DNA of 64,000 bases from Planctomycetota bacterium (GCA_965223545.1 OZ245006.1:7584001-7648000); one strand, 5' to 3'. Positions 1 to 10,981 are shown, counted from the first letter of the stretch. Translations and numbers: made by a program. The notes: a model not told the origin generated them from the sequence alone.

Positions 1-519
1 CAGGCCTCGGTGCTCGATCAGATGGAGGACTCGGTGTTCCGCGTCGCCGACACCATGAACCTCTGGATCGAGAACGACCGCAGTGACTTGATGGCGCTGC
101 TGCCGCGCGTCGACGGCCTGATCGTCAACGACGAGGAGGTCAAGATGCTCACCGAGGAGACCAACTTGATCCGCGCCGGCCGCAAGCTGCTCGAGCTCGG
201 GCCGAAGCTGGCGATCGTCAAGAAGGGCGAGCACGGCGCGTTCTTGTTCTCGAACTTCTTCCAGCAGGCACTGCCCGCGTACCCGACCGATCGGGTCGTC
301 GACCCCACCGGTGCCGGCGACAGCTTCGCCGGCGGCTTCATGGGCTTTCTCGCCGAGTGCGACAGCTTGAGCCTGTGGAACATGAAGCGCGCGATGGCGT
401 TTGGCACGGTGACCGCGAGCTTCACGGTCGAGGGGTTCGGCGTCGATGCGATCGCCGCCGCCGACCGCGCCACCGTCGAGCGGCGCTACGAAGAGCTGAT
501 CCAGTTCGTCAGCATCTGA
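1..519 (+). CDS. PfkB-family carbohydrate kinase (5' part outside window)
   Basis: Open frame from base 1; motifs KKGEHGA and DPTGAGDSFAGGF (PfkB signature). Confidence 0.9.
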   Translation, partial: QASVLDQMEDSVFRVADTMNLWIENDRSDLMALLPRVDGLIVNDEEVKMLTEETNLIRAGRKLLELGPKLAIVKKGEHGAFLFSNFFQQALPAYPTDRVVDPTGAGDSFAGGFMGFLAECDSLSLWNMKRAMAFGTVTASFTVEGFGVDAIAAADRATVERRYEELIQFVSI

Positions 520-521
520 GC

Positions 522-551
522 CTCAGCGCGGTCGCCGGCGGCCGCGCTGAG
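522..551 (+). terminator. GC-rich hairpin directly after the pfkB stop, possible terminator (no U-tract)
   Basis: CTCAGCGCGGTCG-CCGG-CGGCCGCGCTGAG inverted repeat. Confidence 0.35.
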
Positions 552-725
552 CCGGGGCGCGGGAGCCGGGGCGCGGGGGTTCGCGGGCCTCGGCATGTGA
601 CCGGAAGCGCCGCGCGGGCCACCAAAATGCGGCGGGCTCGCGCAAAAAGCTGGCGAATGTTTGGCTTTTGTAAGGGTCGCCGCTAGTCTGTCTCCTCAAT
701 CTCCCCGGGAGGGACCGAAACGACC

Positions 726-1946
726 ATGGTGACGAACAGCAAGGGCAAGTCGGGCGAACCGCGCCGCGAAGAAGCACTCGAGGACGCGCTGGCCTCGATC
801 GAAAAGTCGTACGGCAAGGGCGCCATCATGCGGATGGGCGACCAGACGGTGCAGCCGGTCGACGGCATTTCCACCGGGTCGCTGGGCCTCGATCTGGCCA
901 TCGGTGGCGCCGGCTTGCCGCGGGGGCGGGTGGTCGAGGTCTACGGGCCGGAGTCGTCCGGCAAGACCACCCTCACCCTGCACGTCGTCGCCAACGCCCA
1001 GCGCGCGGGCGGGACGGCGGCCTTCATCGACGCCGAGCACGCCCTGGACCCGCAGTACGCAAAGCGCCTGGGGGTCGACCTCGACCAGTTGCTGATCTCG
1101 CAGCCGGACCACGGCGAGCAGGCGCTCGACATCTGCGAGACCCTGGTGCGCTCGGGAGCCATCGACGTGATCGTGGTCGACTCGGTCGCGGCTCTGGTGC
1201 CGCGTGCCGAGATCGAGGGCGAGATGGGAGACACGTTCGTCGGTCTGCACGCCCGGCTGATGAGTCAGGCGCTGCGCAAGCTGACCGCGCTGGTGGCCAA
1301 GACGCGCACCTGCTTGATCTTCATCAACCAGATCCGCGAGAAGATCGGCGTCATGTTCGGCAGCCCGGAGACCACGACCGGCGGTCGCGCGCTGAAGTTC
1401 TATTCGTCGGTGCGCATCGACATCCGCCGCATCGGCCAGATCAAGAGCGGGGACGCCCCGGTCGGCGCGCGCACCAAGGCGACGGTCGTGAAGAACAAGA
1501 TCGCGCCGCCGTTCCGCAAGGTCGAGTTCGACATCGTCTTCAACCGCGGCATCGACCAGACCGGCGAGCTGCTCGATTTCGGCGTCGAGCACGGCGTGCT
1601 GCGGCGCAGTGGCACGTGGGTGAGCTACGGGGAGACCCGCCTCGGCCAGGGCCGCGAGCGCGCCCGCGATTTCCTCGACGAGAACGTCGAGATCCGCACC
1701 CAGCTCATGCGCGCGATCTTCGAGGCCAAGGGCTTGCCGGTGCCGGCTGCGGTGGGTGGCGGCAAGGCCGCGGGGTCGGCGGAGGCGGCGGACACCGCTC
1801 CTGACAAGAGTGCGGCCCCAGGCAAGAGTTCCGCCCCGGCCAAGAGCGGTGGCGCTGGCAAGGCCGGTGGGACGAGCAAGACCAACGGCACCTCGGCACA
1901 GACCAATGCCGCTGCCCTGCGCGGTCAGCGCGGCGCCGCCAAGTAG
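726..1946 (+). CDS. recA: Recombinase RecA with a long low-complexity C-terminal tail
   Basis: GPESSGKTT Walker [47 protein letters not shown] upstream. Confidence 0.99.
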   Translation: MVTNSKGKSGEPRREEALEDALASIEKSYGKGAIMRMGDQTVQPVDGISTGSLGLDLAIGGAGLPRGRVVEVYGPESSGKTTLTLHVVANAQRAGGTAAFIDAEHALDPQYAKRLGVDLDQLLISQPDHGEQALDICETLVRSGAIDVIVVDSVAALVPRAEIEGEMGDTFVGLHARLMSQALRKLTALVAKTRTCLIFINQIREKIGVMFGSPETTTGGRALKFYSSVRIDIRRIGQIKSGDAPVGARTKATVVKNKIAPPFRKVEFDIVFNRGIDQTGELLDFGVEHGVLRRSGTWVSYGETRLGQGRERARDFLDENVEIRTQLMRAIFEAKGLPVPAAVGGGKAAGSAEAADTAPDKSAAPGKSSAPAKSGGAGKAGGTSKTNGTSAQTNAAALRGQRGAAK

Positions 1947-2145
1947 GGCCGGGTCGCGCCGGCCGACCTCCCGGTCGGGCCCGCTGGTCGCCTCGGCCAG
2001 CTGCGCGCGCAGGGGGCGCCGGTTTGCTTTCTCCCGCGGGCCGGCCTAGTTTCCGCGGCCCGGAACGCCGGCGCCCCGGTCGCCCCGAGCCGTCTCAGGG
2101 CCGTGCGGCGGCGGTCGGCGTTCTGCAGACCCGAATGCCACTGCC

Positions 2146-4803
2146 ATGACGCCGCTCTCCGTCGCCGAGGTTCGCGAGCGCTATCTGCGCTTCTTCGAGG
2201 CCCGAGGCCACCAACGCCTGCCGTCCGACTCGTTGGTCCCCGCCAACGATCCGACGCTGCTGTTCACCGGCGCGGGGATGAACCAGTTCAAGGACATGTT
2301 CTTGGGCAAGGGGGGGCTGCCGTACCAGCGGGTCACCACATCGCAGAAGTGCCTGCGCGTGCCCGACCTCGACAACGTGGGGGCGACTCCGCGCCACCAC
2401 ACGTTCTTCGAGATGCTGGGCAACTTCTCCTTTGGCGACTACTTCAAGGAGGAGTGCATCCAGTGGGAATGGGAGTTCTTCTCCCGTGAGCTCGGCATTC
2501 CCGAGCGCAACATGGTCGTCACCGTCTACGAGGACGACGACGAGGCCTTTCGGATCTGGAACGAGGTCGTCGGGCTCGAGCCCGAGCGGATCTTCCGCTT
2601 TGGCGAGAAGGAGAACTTCTGGCCGGCCGAGGCGCCGAGCAAGGGGCCCAACGGCCCGTGTGGGCCGTGCTCGGAGATCTACTACGACAGTGCGCCCGAC
2701 CGGCCCTATCCCTCGCACGAAGGCCTGGAAGAGCTGCCCGACGATCGGTTCACCGAGATCGGCAACTGCGTGTTCACCCAGTTCGATCGTCAGGCCGACG
2801 GCACGCTGGCGCCCCTGCCGCAGAAGAACATCGACGTCGGCTTGGGACTGGAGCGCATCACGGCGGTGTTGGCCGGTGCGCCGAACAACTTCGAGACCGA
2901 CGCGTTCCAACCGCTGCTGGACGCGGTCGCCGCGCGCTCGGGCCGGCCGTACGAGACCGACACCGCCGACGGGGTGCGCATGCGCCGCATCGCCGACCAC
3001 GCCCGCGCCGTCGTTTTCTGCGTCGCCGACGGCGCGCTGCCTAGCAACGAGGGCCGCGGCTACGTGGTGCGCAAGATCCTGCGGCGCGCCTGCCGCGATG
3101 GCTACGACCTCGGCATCGAGGACCCGTTCCTGTGCGAGCTGGTCGATGTCGTCGGCCAGGTCATGGGCGAGGCCTACCCCGAGGTCCGCGCGCACGCCGG
3201 GCAGTGCCGGTCGGTGATTCGCGGCGAGGAGGAGAGCTTTCGCACGGTCTACACCCAGGGCATGCAGCGCTTGGCCGCGGCGCTCGAGGGCGCGGGCGAT
3301 GGCGGGCTCGAGCACAATGGCGAGCTCGCCTTCCAGCTGCACGACACCTACGGCTTTCCGGTCGACATCACCCGGCAGGTGATGGCTGACCGCGGGGTTG
3401 CCCTGGACGAGGCCGAGTTCGAGGCCGCGATGGAAGCCCAGCGGGCGCGGGCCCGCGCGGCGATGGCGACCGCCGACGCGGTGTTCGCCGACAACGCCGC
3501 CATGCGCTTGCGCGAGGCCGGCGTCCGCCCGACCCGGTTCATCGGTTACGACGCGCTCGAAGCGGACGCGACGCTGGCCGCGGTGATCGGCACGGGCCAC
3601 GTCCTGTGCGACGAGATCGGCGAGGGCGAGGCGATCGCGGTCAGCGATACCACGCCGTTCTACGCCCAGGGCGGTGGCCAGGTGGGGGACACCGGCACCA
3701 TCGAGCAAGACCACGGCCGCGCGACGGTGCTCGGCACGACGGCGCTGGATGGCTACTTCCTGCACCATGTTCGGGTCGAGCAGGGCACGCTGCGCGCGGG
3801 CGCACCGTGCCGGCTGCGCGTCGACGCGGCGGCGCGGCGCGCCACCGAGCGCAACCACACGGCGACCCACCTGCTGCACGCTGCGCTCAAGCGCGTGCTC
3901 GGCGATCACGTCAACCAGGCCGGCTCCGAGGTGGCGCCCGAGCGGTTGCGGTTCGATTACACGCACGGCGAGCGGTTGACCGACGCGCAGATCGAGGAGC
4001 TCGAGGCCATGGTCGCCGGGGTGGTTGGCGAGGCGATCGAGGTCAGCGCCGTGGTCAGGCCGATCGCGGAGGCGAGAGCGTCGGGCTTCGTCGCCCTGTT
4101 TGGCGAGAAGTACGGCGACGAGGTGCGCACGCTGGCGGTCGGCGAGTTCTCCAAGGAGCTGTGCGGCGGCACCCACGTGCGCAACTCCGGCAACATCGGT
4201 GGCTTTCGCATCGTGTCGGACTCGGCGATCAGCGCCGGCACGCGGCGCATCGAGGCGGTGACCGGCGACAGCGCGCGGGCCCTGTCGGCCGCCGACCGCA
4301 GCCAAGTCGGTGCCATCGCCCAGCTGCTCAAGGTGGCGCCGGCAGAGGTGGCCGAGCGGGTGCGCCAGGTCGCCGCCGAGCTCAAGCAGGTCAAGAAGGA
4401 GCTGGCGAAGGCGTTGGCGCCGGACCCGGCGGCGCTGCTGGCCGAGCTCGAGAAGGAGTGCCGCGCGGTCGATGGCGTGCGCTGCGCGATCTACGTCCGC
4501 GCAGGGCTCGACGGCAAGCAGGCGCAGGATCTGCTGAAGCGCGCGGTCAAGAAGTTGGCGCCGTTCGCCGGCGTGGTGCTCGGCACCGGCGCCGCCCAGG
4601 TCGCGGTGGTCGCCGCGGTGTCGCCGGACGTCGCCGACCGCCTGTCGGCCGCCGACCTGGTGGCCGCCGCGACCGGAGCGATGGGCGGCGGCGGTGGCGG
4701 CCGGCCGCAGATGGCCCAGGGCCGCGGCCAGAACGCCGCGGCGCTCGACGACGCGGTGGCGGCCCTGCGGGGCTGCTTCGAGGCGGCTGGACTGCCGGTG
4801 TGA
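2146..4803 (+). CDS. alaS: Alanine--tRNA ligase
   Basis: DPTLLFTGAGMNQFK, HHTFFEMLGNFSFGDYFK, editing motifs HTATHLLH and ELCGGTHV, C-Ala GGGGGRPQMAQG. Confidence 0.99.
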   Translation: MTPLSVAEVRERYLRFFEARGHQRLPSDSLVPANDPTLLFTGAGMNQFKDMFLGKGGLPYQRVTTSQKCLRVPDLDNVGATPRHHTFFEMLGNFSFGDYFKEECIQWEWEFFSRELGIPERNMVVTVYEDDDEAFRIWNEVVGLEPERIFRFGEKENFWPAEAPSKGPNGPCGPCSEIYYDSAPDRPYPSHEGLEELPDDRFTEIGNCVFTQFDRQADGTLAPLPQKNIDVGLGLERITAVLAGAPNNFETDAFQPLLDAVAARSGRPYETDTADGVRMRRIADHARAVVFCVADGALPSNEGRGYVVRKILRRACRDGYDLGIEDPFLCELVDVVGQVMGEAYPEVRAHAGQCRSVIRGEEESFRTVYTQGMQRLAAALEGAGDGGLEHNGELAFQLHDTYGFPVDITRQVMADRGVALDEAEFEAAMEAQRARARAAMATADAVFADNAAMRLREAGVRPTRFIGYDALEADATLAAVIGTGHVLCDEIGEGEAIAVSDTTPFYAQGGGQVGDTGTIEQDHGRATVLGTTALDGYFLHHVRVEQGTLRAGAPCRLRVDAAARRATERNHTATHLLHAALKRVLGDHVNQAGSEVAPERLRFDYTHGERLTDAQIEELEAMVAGVVGEAIEVSAVVRPIAEARASGFVALFGEKYGDEVRTLAVGEFSKELCGGTHVRNSGNIGGFRIVSDSAISAGTRRIEAVTGDSARALSAADRSQVGAIAQLLKVAPAEVAERVRQVAAELKQVKKELAKALAPDPAALLAELEKECRAVDGVRCAIYVRAGLDGKQAQDLLKRAVKKLAPFAGVVLGTGAAQVAVVAAVSPDVADRLSAADLVAAATGAMGGGGGGRPQMAQGRGQNAAALDDAVAALRGCFEAAGLPV

Positions 4804-4966
4804 GCGTTTCCCCCGGCACTCCGCCGGCCCCAGGCGGCGCTGGATTTCGCGAAAGTCCGCCGTAACATTCCCGGGCTCCTCGGGCGCCAGCAGCCCGTAC
4901 CCTCCGGATTCTAACCAGTTCGAACGGTGGACGCCGCGATCCGCGGGCCGAGCCGCCGCCTGACCC

Positions 4967-5149
4967 ATGGCCGTCCCGAAGCGTCGACAAAGTCGTTCCC
5001 GTCGCAACAAGCGCCGCTCGCATGATGCCCTCAAGCCGGCGCAGCTGGTGCGGTGCAGCAACTGCTCGGCGGCGATCCTGCCGCATCACATCTGCGCCAG
5101 CTGTGGGCATTACCGCGGCCGCCAGATGATCCCGGGCAAGATGGCGTGA
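4967..5149 (+). CDS. rpmF: 50S ribosomal protein L32 (Zn-binding form)
   Basis: MAVPKRRQSRSRRNKRRSH...CSNC...HHICASCGHYRGR; position before plsX. Confidence 0.97.
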   Translation: MAVPKRRQSRSRRNKRRSHDALKPAQLVRCSNCSAAILPHHICASCGHYRGRQMIPGKMA

Positions 5150-5189
5150 GCCTCGGCCGGCCACGCCCGTTGCGCCGCGGCGCGGGGCC

Positions 5190-6218
5190 ATGGCCGCCGC
5201 GGTCTCTGTGGAGCATCGTGTGAGCAAGGTAGTGTTGGATGCCATGGGGGGTGACCACGCCCCGGATGCGATCCTCGACGGGGTTGCCCTGTCGCTGGAG
5301 CGCGGCATCTGTACCGGCGAGCAGCTGTTGCTCACCGGCCCGGCGCAGCAGCTGCGCGACGCCCTCGCCCGGCGCGGTCTGCCCGCGGCGATCGAGGTCC
5401 ACGACGCCCCCGATGTCCTCAGCGGCGAGTCGCCGATCGACGGCCTGCGCCGCAAGCCGCGCAACAGCATCGCGGTCGGCATCGGTCTGATCCGCGAGGG
5501 CCGGGCAGATGCCTTCCTCAGCGCCGGGAGCACCGGCACCGTGGTCGCCGCCGCCAAAGTCGGCTTGCCGGGTCTGGAAGGCATTCGCCGGCCGGCGATC
5601 GCGGTGACGATCGAGGCCGAGGCCGGCCCGTTCATCGTCGTCGACGTCGGTGCCAACCCGCAGCCCAAGGCGGTGCATTTGCTGCAGTACGGGCTGATGG
5701 GCGCGGCCTACCACCACGACGCGTTCGGCACCGAGGAGCCGCGCGTCGGTTTGATGAACATCGGCTCGGAGGCGGGCAAGGGCAGTCCGCTGGCGGTCGA
5801 GGCCGGCGCCCTGCTGCGCGCCGCGCCGATCAACTTCGTCGGCAACGTCGAGGGTGTCGATGTGTTTCGCGGAGCCTGTGACGTGATCGTCTGCGATGGC
5901 TTCACCGGCAACGTGCTGCTGAAGACCAGCGAAGGCGTCGCCGAGTGGATGCTGCGCACGGTCAGCGGCCTGCTGCACGAGTACGAAGTCGGCGACGAGA
6001 AGAAACGCCAGATTCTCGCCCGACTCATGGACAAGGTGGACTACTCCGAGTACGGCGGTGCACTGCTGCTCGGCGTCGAGGGCATCGTGACGATCTGCCA
6101 TGGTCGCTCGGGAGCTTCGGCGATCGCCAACGCGGTCAAGGTCGCCCTGCAAGCGGTCGGCGCCAATCTCAACCAACACATCGTTTCGGCGGCACGCGCT
6201 GCGGCCGCCCGCTCCTGA
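5190..6218 (+). CDS. plsX: Phosphate acyltransferase PlsX (start could be GTG at 5220)
   Basis: LDAMGGDHAP, DVGANP, GLMNIGSEAGKG, DVIVCDGFTGNVLLKTSEG, YGGALLLG, HGRS. Confidence 0.97.
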   Translation: MAAAVSVEHRVSKVVLDAMGGDHAPDAILDGVALSLERGICTGEQLLLTGPAQQLRDALARRGLPAAIEVHDAPDVLSGESPIDGLRRKPRNSIAVGIGLIREGRADAFLSAGSTGTVVAAAKVGLPGLEGIRRPAIAVTIEAEAGPFIVVDVGANPQPKAVHLLQYGLMGAAYHHDAFGTEEPRVGLMNIGSEAGKGSPLAVEAGALLRAAPINFVGNVEGVDVFRGACDVIVCDGFTGNVLLKTSEGVAEWMLRTVSGLLHEYEVGDEKKRQILARLMDKVDYSEYGGALLLGVEGIVTICHGRSGASAIANAVKVALQAVGANLNQHIVSAARAAAARS

Positions 6219-6238
6219 GTACGGACACCCGAGTCGCG

Positions 6239-7243
6239 ATGGCCAGCATGTCGACCCCGACGTTGATTCCCGTGGGCATTGCCGGGCTCGGCAAGTCCGT
6301 GCCCGAGCGCGAGCTGCACAACGACGAGCTCGAGCGGATGGTCGATACGTCCGACGAGTGGATCGTGCAGCGCACCGGCATTCGCAGCCGCCGGATCGCG
6401 GCCGACGACGAGTGCACGAGCGACATGGCGACCGAGGCGGCGCGGCGTGCGTTGGACGACGCCGGGATCGCGCCCACCGAAGTCGACGTGATCTTGTGCT
6501 GCACGGTGACCGGCGACATGGTGTTTCCGGCGACGGCCTGCAAGATCGGCGAGAAGCTCGGTGCTCCGCAGGCGGGTGGCTTCGACATCGGCGCGGCCTG
6601 CAGTGGGTTCGTGTTCGGCCTGCACACCGGCGCGCAGTACATCGCCGCCGGGGCGGCCAAGACCGTCCTCGTCGTCGGCGCCGAGAAGCTGAGCACGATC
6701 CTCGACTACCAGGATCGCAACACGTGCGTCCTGTTCGGCGATGGCGCCGGCGCAGTGGTGTTGACCTCGCTGGAGCGGGCCGGTCAGGGCGAGTACATCG
6801 AGGGCTCCCTCGGCATGGAGGGGGGCAACGACGAGGTCTTGTGTGTGCCGGCCGGTGGCGCTCTGCACCCGGCCTCACACGCCACGGTCGACCAGCGCAT
6901 GCACTACATGAAGATGGGGGGCACCAAGGTGTTCCGCTTCGCGGTGCGCGTGTTCGCCGACATGGTGGCGAAGTCGATGCGGCCGTACGGCTACGACCAG
7001 CTCAGTGTCGTGGTGCCGCACCAGGTCAACCAGCGGATCATCGAGGCCGCCGCCGAGCGGCTCGAGTTGCCGCTCGACAAGTTTTTCGTCAACATTGCGC
7101 AGTATGGCAACACTTCCGCGGCCTCGGTGCCGATCGCGCTGGCCGAAGCGCGGGATGCCGGTCGGCTCGAGAAGGGCAAGATCGTCTGCATGGTGGCGTT
7201 CGGCGCGGGTCTGATGTGGGGGCACGTCCTGGTGCGCTGGTAG
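6239..7243 (+). CDS. fabH: 3-oxoacyl-ACP synthase III
   Basis: DTSDEWIVQRTGIRSRR, AACSGF, LFGDGAGA, PHQVNQRII, YGNTSAASVP. Confidence 0.97.
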   Translation: MASMSTPTLIPVGIAGLGKSVPERELHNDELERMVDTSDEWIVQRTGIRSRRIAADDECTSDMATEAARRALDDAGIAPTEVDVILCCTVTGDMVFPATACKIGEKLGAPQAGGFDIGAACSGFVFGLHTGAQYIAAGAAKTVLVVGAEKLSTILDYQDRNTCVLFGDGAGAVVLTSLERAGQGEYIEGSLGMEGGNDEVLCVPAGGALHPASHATVDQRMHYMKMGGTKVFRFAVRVFADMVAKSMRPYGYDQLSVVVPHQVNQRIIEAAAERLELPLDKFFVNIAQYGNTSAASVPIALAEARDAGRLEKGKIVCMVAFGAGLMWGHVLVRW

Positions 7244-7290
7244 AATCGCCCTGGGATCGACAAGCCAAGCTCGATGATGGAGACAAAACA

Positions 7291-8031
7291 GTGACGCTCG
7301 AAGGCAAGGTCGCGGTCGTCACCGGTGCGTCGCGCGGCATCGGTCGCGCCATCGCCGGTGCCCTGGCCGAGCGCGGAGCACGCGTCGTGTGCACGGCGAC
7401 CCGCGACGGCGGTTGCGCGGCCACGGTCGACGAGATCCGCGCCGCCGGCGGCGAGGCCCATGGTTACGCCTTGGAGGTGTCGTCGCTCGAGGCGGTCGAT
7501 GGTTTTGCCAAGGCGGTGACCGACGATGTCGGACCGGTGTCGGTGCTGGTGAACAACGCGGGCATCACCCGAGACGGGTTGTTTCTGCGCATGGCGGCCG
7601 AGGACTTCGACGCCGTGCTCGCGGTCAATCTGCGCGGCGCGTTCGCCACCTGCCGGGCGTTTGCCCGTGGCATGGCGAAGGCCCGTCACGGCCGGATCGT
7701 CAACGTTGGCTCGGTGGTCGGGCTGACGGGCAACGCCGGTCAGGTCAACTACGCCGCGGCGAAGGCCGGCCTGATCGGGATGAGCAAGTCGCTGGCGCGT
7801 GAGCTGGCGGGACGCGGGGTGACCGTAAATGTCGTTGCCCCGGGGTTCATCGAGACCGACATGACCGCCGGGCTGCCCGAGGACGTCCGCACCGAGGCCG
7901 TCAAAAACATTCCGTTGGCCCGTTTCGGCACCCCATCGGATGTTGCAGGCACCGTTTCTTTTCTGTGTAGTGACGCCGCCGCGTACCTCACGGGACAAGT
8001 GCTCGTCGTGGACGGCGGCATGGCCATGTGA
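7291..8031 (+). CDS. fabG: 3-oxoacyl-ACP reductase
   Basis: [39 protein letters not shown] start with GGAG RBS; operon context. Confidence 0.96.
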   Translation: MTLEGKVAVVTGASRGIGRAIAGALAERGARVVCTATRDGGCAATVDEIRAAGGEAHGYALEVSSLEAVDGFAKAVTDDVGPVSVLVNNAGITRDGLFLRMAAEDFDAVLAVNLRGAFATCRAFARGMAKARHGRIVNVGSVVGLTGNAGQVNYAAAKAGLIGMSKSLARELAGRGVTVNVVAPGFIETDMTAGLPEDVRTEAVKNIPLARFGTPSDVAGTVSFLCSDAAAYLTGQVLVVDGGMAM

Positions 8032-8108
8032 CCGGCCGCAGCCGTGCCGGCGTGAGCGTCGACCCTCATTCCGTATCTGACCCTGGCTCCCCCAAGGGAG
8101 GTTTGAAA

Positions 8109-8354
8109 GTGGCGAAAGTCGAGAACGTCGAGGAACGAGTCCTCAACATCGTTTGCGAGCAGCTCGGGACCAGCCGTGAGAAGATCACGCGGGAGACCTC
8201 GTTCATCAACGACCTTGGTGCCGACTCGCTCGACACCGTCGAGTTGGTGATGGAGTTCGAGGACGAGTTCGAGATCAACATCCCCGACGAGGACGCCGAG
8301 AAGATCCAGACTGTCGGTGACGCGATCACCTACATCGAATCCAAGCTCTCCTGA
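8109..8354 (+). CDS. acpP: Acyl carrier protein
   Basis: [28 protein letters not shown] before GTG. Confidence 0.97.
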   Translation: MAKVENVEERVLNIVCEQLGTSREKITRETSFINDLGADSLDTVELVMEFEDEFEINIPDEDAEKIQTVGDAITYIESKLS

Positions 8355-8369
8355 GCGCGGGTGGTGGCC

Positions 8370-9608
8370 ATGTCGCGTCGCCGAGTGGTGATCACCGGGA
8401 TGGGGGCGATCAGCCCGCTGGGGCTGGACCTCGCCTCGACCTGGGACAAGCTGCTGGAGGGCGTGTCCGGGGCCGGACCGGTCACGCGTTTCGACGCGTC
8501 CAAGCACACCACGCAGTTCGCCTGCGAGGTGAAGGATTTCGACGCGCTCGCCTACTTCACCAAGCTCGAGCTGCGGCGCTTCGATCTGTTCGCTCAGTAC
8601 CAGCTGATCGCGGCGGACGAGGCGATGCGCGACTCGGGCATCGACATGGGGAGCGAGGATCCCACCCGAGCGGGCTGCATCATGGGGTCCGGCATCGGCG
8701 GGATCTTCGAGTTCGAGCAGACCAAAGAAGTGGCGATGGAGAAGGGCATCCACCGGGTGAGCCCGTTCTTCATCCCCAAGCTGATCAGCAACTCGGCGGC
8801 AGGCCACGTCGCGATTCGCCACAACCTGCAGGCGACCTCGTTCGCCACGGTGTCGGCGTGCGCCAGCGCCAGCCACGCGATCGGCATGGCGCTGCGCTCG
8901 ATTCAGTGGGGCGAGTCCGACGTCATGCTGACCGGCGGCGCGGAGGCCGCCACCAGCTACCTCGGCTTGGCCGGCTTCTGCGCGATGAAGGCGCTGTCGA
9001 CGCGCAACGACGATCCGCTGCGCGCGTCGCGACCTTTCGACCGCGAGCGCGATGGTTTCGTCATGGGTGAGGGTGCTGCGGTGCTGGTGCTCGAGGAGCT
9101 CGAGCACGCGCGCGCGCGCGGCGCCAAGATCTACGCCGAGGTGCGGGGCTACGGCTCGACGGACGACGCGCACCACATCACCGCGCCGCGTGAGGACGGC
9201 GATGGCCCGGCGCGGGCGATGACCCTCGCGCTGCAGGATGCCGAGTGCGACCCCGGCGAGGTCGATTACGTCAACGCGCACGGCACCAGCACCGAGCTCA
9301 ACGACAAGACCGAGACGCTGGCGATCAAGCGCGTGTTCGGCGAGCACGCTCAGCGTTTGCAGATCTCGTCGACCAAGTCGATGGTCGGCCATTTGCTTGG
9401 CGCCTCGGGTGCCATCGAGCTGGCGGCATCGGCGTTGACGATTCAACGCGGCGTCATCTCGCCGACCATCAACTACGAGTTTCCCGATCCGGACTGCGAT
9501 CTCGACTACGTGCCGAATGCGGCGCGCGAGAGTGCGGTCAAGGTCGCCATCAGCAACTCCCTGGGTTTTGGCGGCCACAACACTTGCTTGGTGATCGCCC
9601 AACCGTGA
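8370..9608 (+). CDS. fabF: 3-oxoacyl-ACP synthase II
   Basis: RRVVITGMG, SACASASHAIG, SRPFDRERDGFVMGEG, NAHGTST, KSMVGHLLGASG, SNSLGFGGHN. Confidence 0.97.
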   Translation: MSRRRVVITGMGAISPLGLDLASTWDKLLEGVSGAGPVTRFDASKHTTQFACEVKDFDALAYFTKLELRRFDLFAQYQLIAADEAMRDSGIDMGSEDPTRAGCIMGSGIGGIFEFEQTKEVAMEKGIHRVSPFFIPKLISNSAAGHVAIRHNLQATSFATVSACASASHAIGMALRSIQWGESDVMLTGGAEAATSYLGLAGFCAMKALSTRNDDPLRASRPFDRERDGFVMGEGAAVLVLEELEHARARGAKIYAEVRGYGSTDDAHHITAPREDGDGPARAMTLALQDAECDPGEVDYVNAHGTSTELNDKTETLAIKRVFGEHAQRLQISSTKSMVGHLLGASGAIELAASALTIQRGVISPTINYEFPDPDCDLDYVPNAARESAVKVAISNSLGFGGHNTCLVIAQP

Positions 9609-9961
9609 AGCAGCAGTTCAAGCAGCTCCTCCACCACTACAAGGTGGAAGCGTTCAAGATCAGCCACAGCCACGACTCGGTGCAGGAGGCCGCTCGCGAG
9701 ATCTTGAAGTTCTCGGAAGAGGCGCTCAACAACGAGTACCACTACCACTTCCACACCGATCCCGATCCCAAGCGGATCGAGACCTTCAAGATGATCAAGA
9801 ACTACACGCTCGAGGCCCTGCTGCCGCCGGTGCTCGAGAAGCTGGTGTGGCGGATCTCGGTGTTGGAGAAGCAGCACGAGGAGCTCGTCAAGCTGTTCGG
9901 CGAAGTGCTGGAGACGCTGTCGGACGACGATCTGCGCCTCGACCCGCCGCACGACGCTTGA
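9605..9961 (+). CDS. Hypothetical 118-aa helical protein coupled to fabF
   Basis: GTGA overlap with the fabF stop; host-like codon usage (AAG, GAG, TTC, CTG). Confidence 0.8.
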   Translation: MKQQFKQLLHHYKVEAFKISHSHDSVQEAAREILKFSEEALNNEYHYHFHTDPDPKRIETFKMIKNYTLEALLPPVLEKLVWRISVLEKQHEELVKLFGEVLETLSDDDLRLDPPHDA

Positions 9962-9983
9962 GCGAGCGAGGGGCTGACGCGCG

Positions 9984-10916
9984 ATGAGCACGACGGCTCC
10001 CCTGCGCACGGTGCTGGCGGCCGACTTGGGCGGCACCAAGTGTCGGTTTGGCCGGGTCGACGCCGACCTCCAGGTCCGTGCCGTGCGCGAGGTACCCACC
10101 ACGATGGTGCGGGCCGACTTCGACGCGGCGATGCACGAGGCCTTCGACGCGGTGTCGGCGCCGCTCGACGGCTGCCTGCCGGCGGAGGCCATCGGTGTCG
10201 GAGTCGCCGCGGTCGTGCTCGCCGATGGTGACACGCTGACCGGCAGCCCCAACCTGCCGTTGGCCGAGGTGCCGTTGGCAAGCGAGCTGCGTGCCCGCTA
10301 CGGACTGCCGGTGACCCTGCTGAACGACGGTCGCGCCAGCGCTTTCGGCGAGTATCTGACCGGCGAGGCCGCTGGCCGGGATCCGATGTTAGTGTTGTTC
10401 TTCGGCACCGGCATCGGCATCGGCCTGATCATCGGGGGGGCGCCCTATGCCGGCGCCGGCAACGCCGCGGGCGAGGTCGGGCACGCGATCTTCCGGCCGG
10501 ATGGCCGGCAGTGTGTTTGCCGTCGGTACGGCTGCTTCGAGGCGTACTGCGGCGGTGGCCCGATGACCAGCCGCGCGGCCGCCGAGCTGGGCGCGTGTGC
10601 CGATGGCACCCGCTGGACGGTCGGTCGCATCGTGGCGCGCGCCGAGGCGGGCGACGCGGCGGCGGCGGCGATCCTCGGCGACGCCGAGTTGGCGGCCGGT
10701 ACCATGGTCGCCTCGCTCTGTACGGTCCTCAACCCGGCGGTTGTGGTGCTCGGCGGGGGTGTGCTCAAGGGTTGGCCGGAGCTGGCGCCCCGGATCGAGC
10801 GCGCGGCGCGCAGCTGGTGCACCGACAACGTCAACCAGTCGATGACTTTCCTGCCCAGCACCGGGGGCTCGGACGCGATCCTGCGCGGCGTGGCGCGCGC
10901 GACCGGCGTGTGTTGA
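9984..10916 (+). CDS. ROK-family sugar kinase
   Basis: DLGGTK, NDGRASAFGE, GTGIGIG, AGEVGH, CVCRRYGCFEAYC. Confidence 0.93.
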   Translation: MSTTAPLRTVLAADLGGTKCRFGRVDADLQVRAVREVPTTMVRADFDAAMHEAFDAVSAPLDGCLPAEAIGVGVAAVVLADGDTLTGSPNLPLAEVPLASELRARYGLPVTLLNDGRASAFGEYLTGEAAGRDPMLVLFFGTGIGIGLIIGGAPYAGAGNAAGEVGHAIFRPDGRQCVCRRYGCFEAYCGGGPMTSRAAAELGACADGTRWTVGRIVARAEAGDAAAAAILGDAELAAGTMVASLCTVLNPAVVVLGGGVLKGWPELAPRIERAARSWCTDNVNQSMTFLPSTGGSDAILRGVARATGVC

Positions 10917-10981
10917 CTCGTTCGCGGCGCCGGGCCGGAGCCTTGCTATGATGCACGCGGTTCAACGGTGGGGGCCCTTCG

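Noticed and set aside
640..700. LexA box or sigma54 promoter upstream of recA
   Set aside because: No match to SOS-box consensuses I know; TGGCGAATGTTTGG lacks the -12 GC
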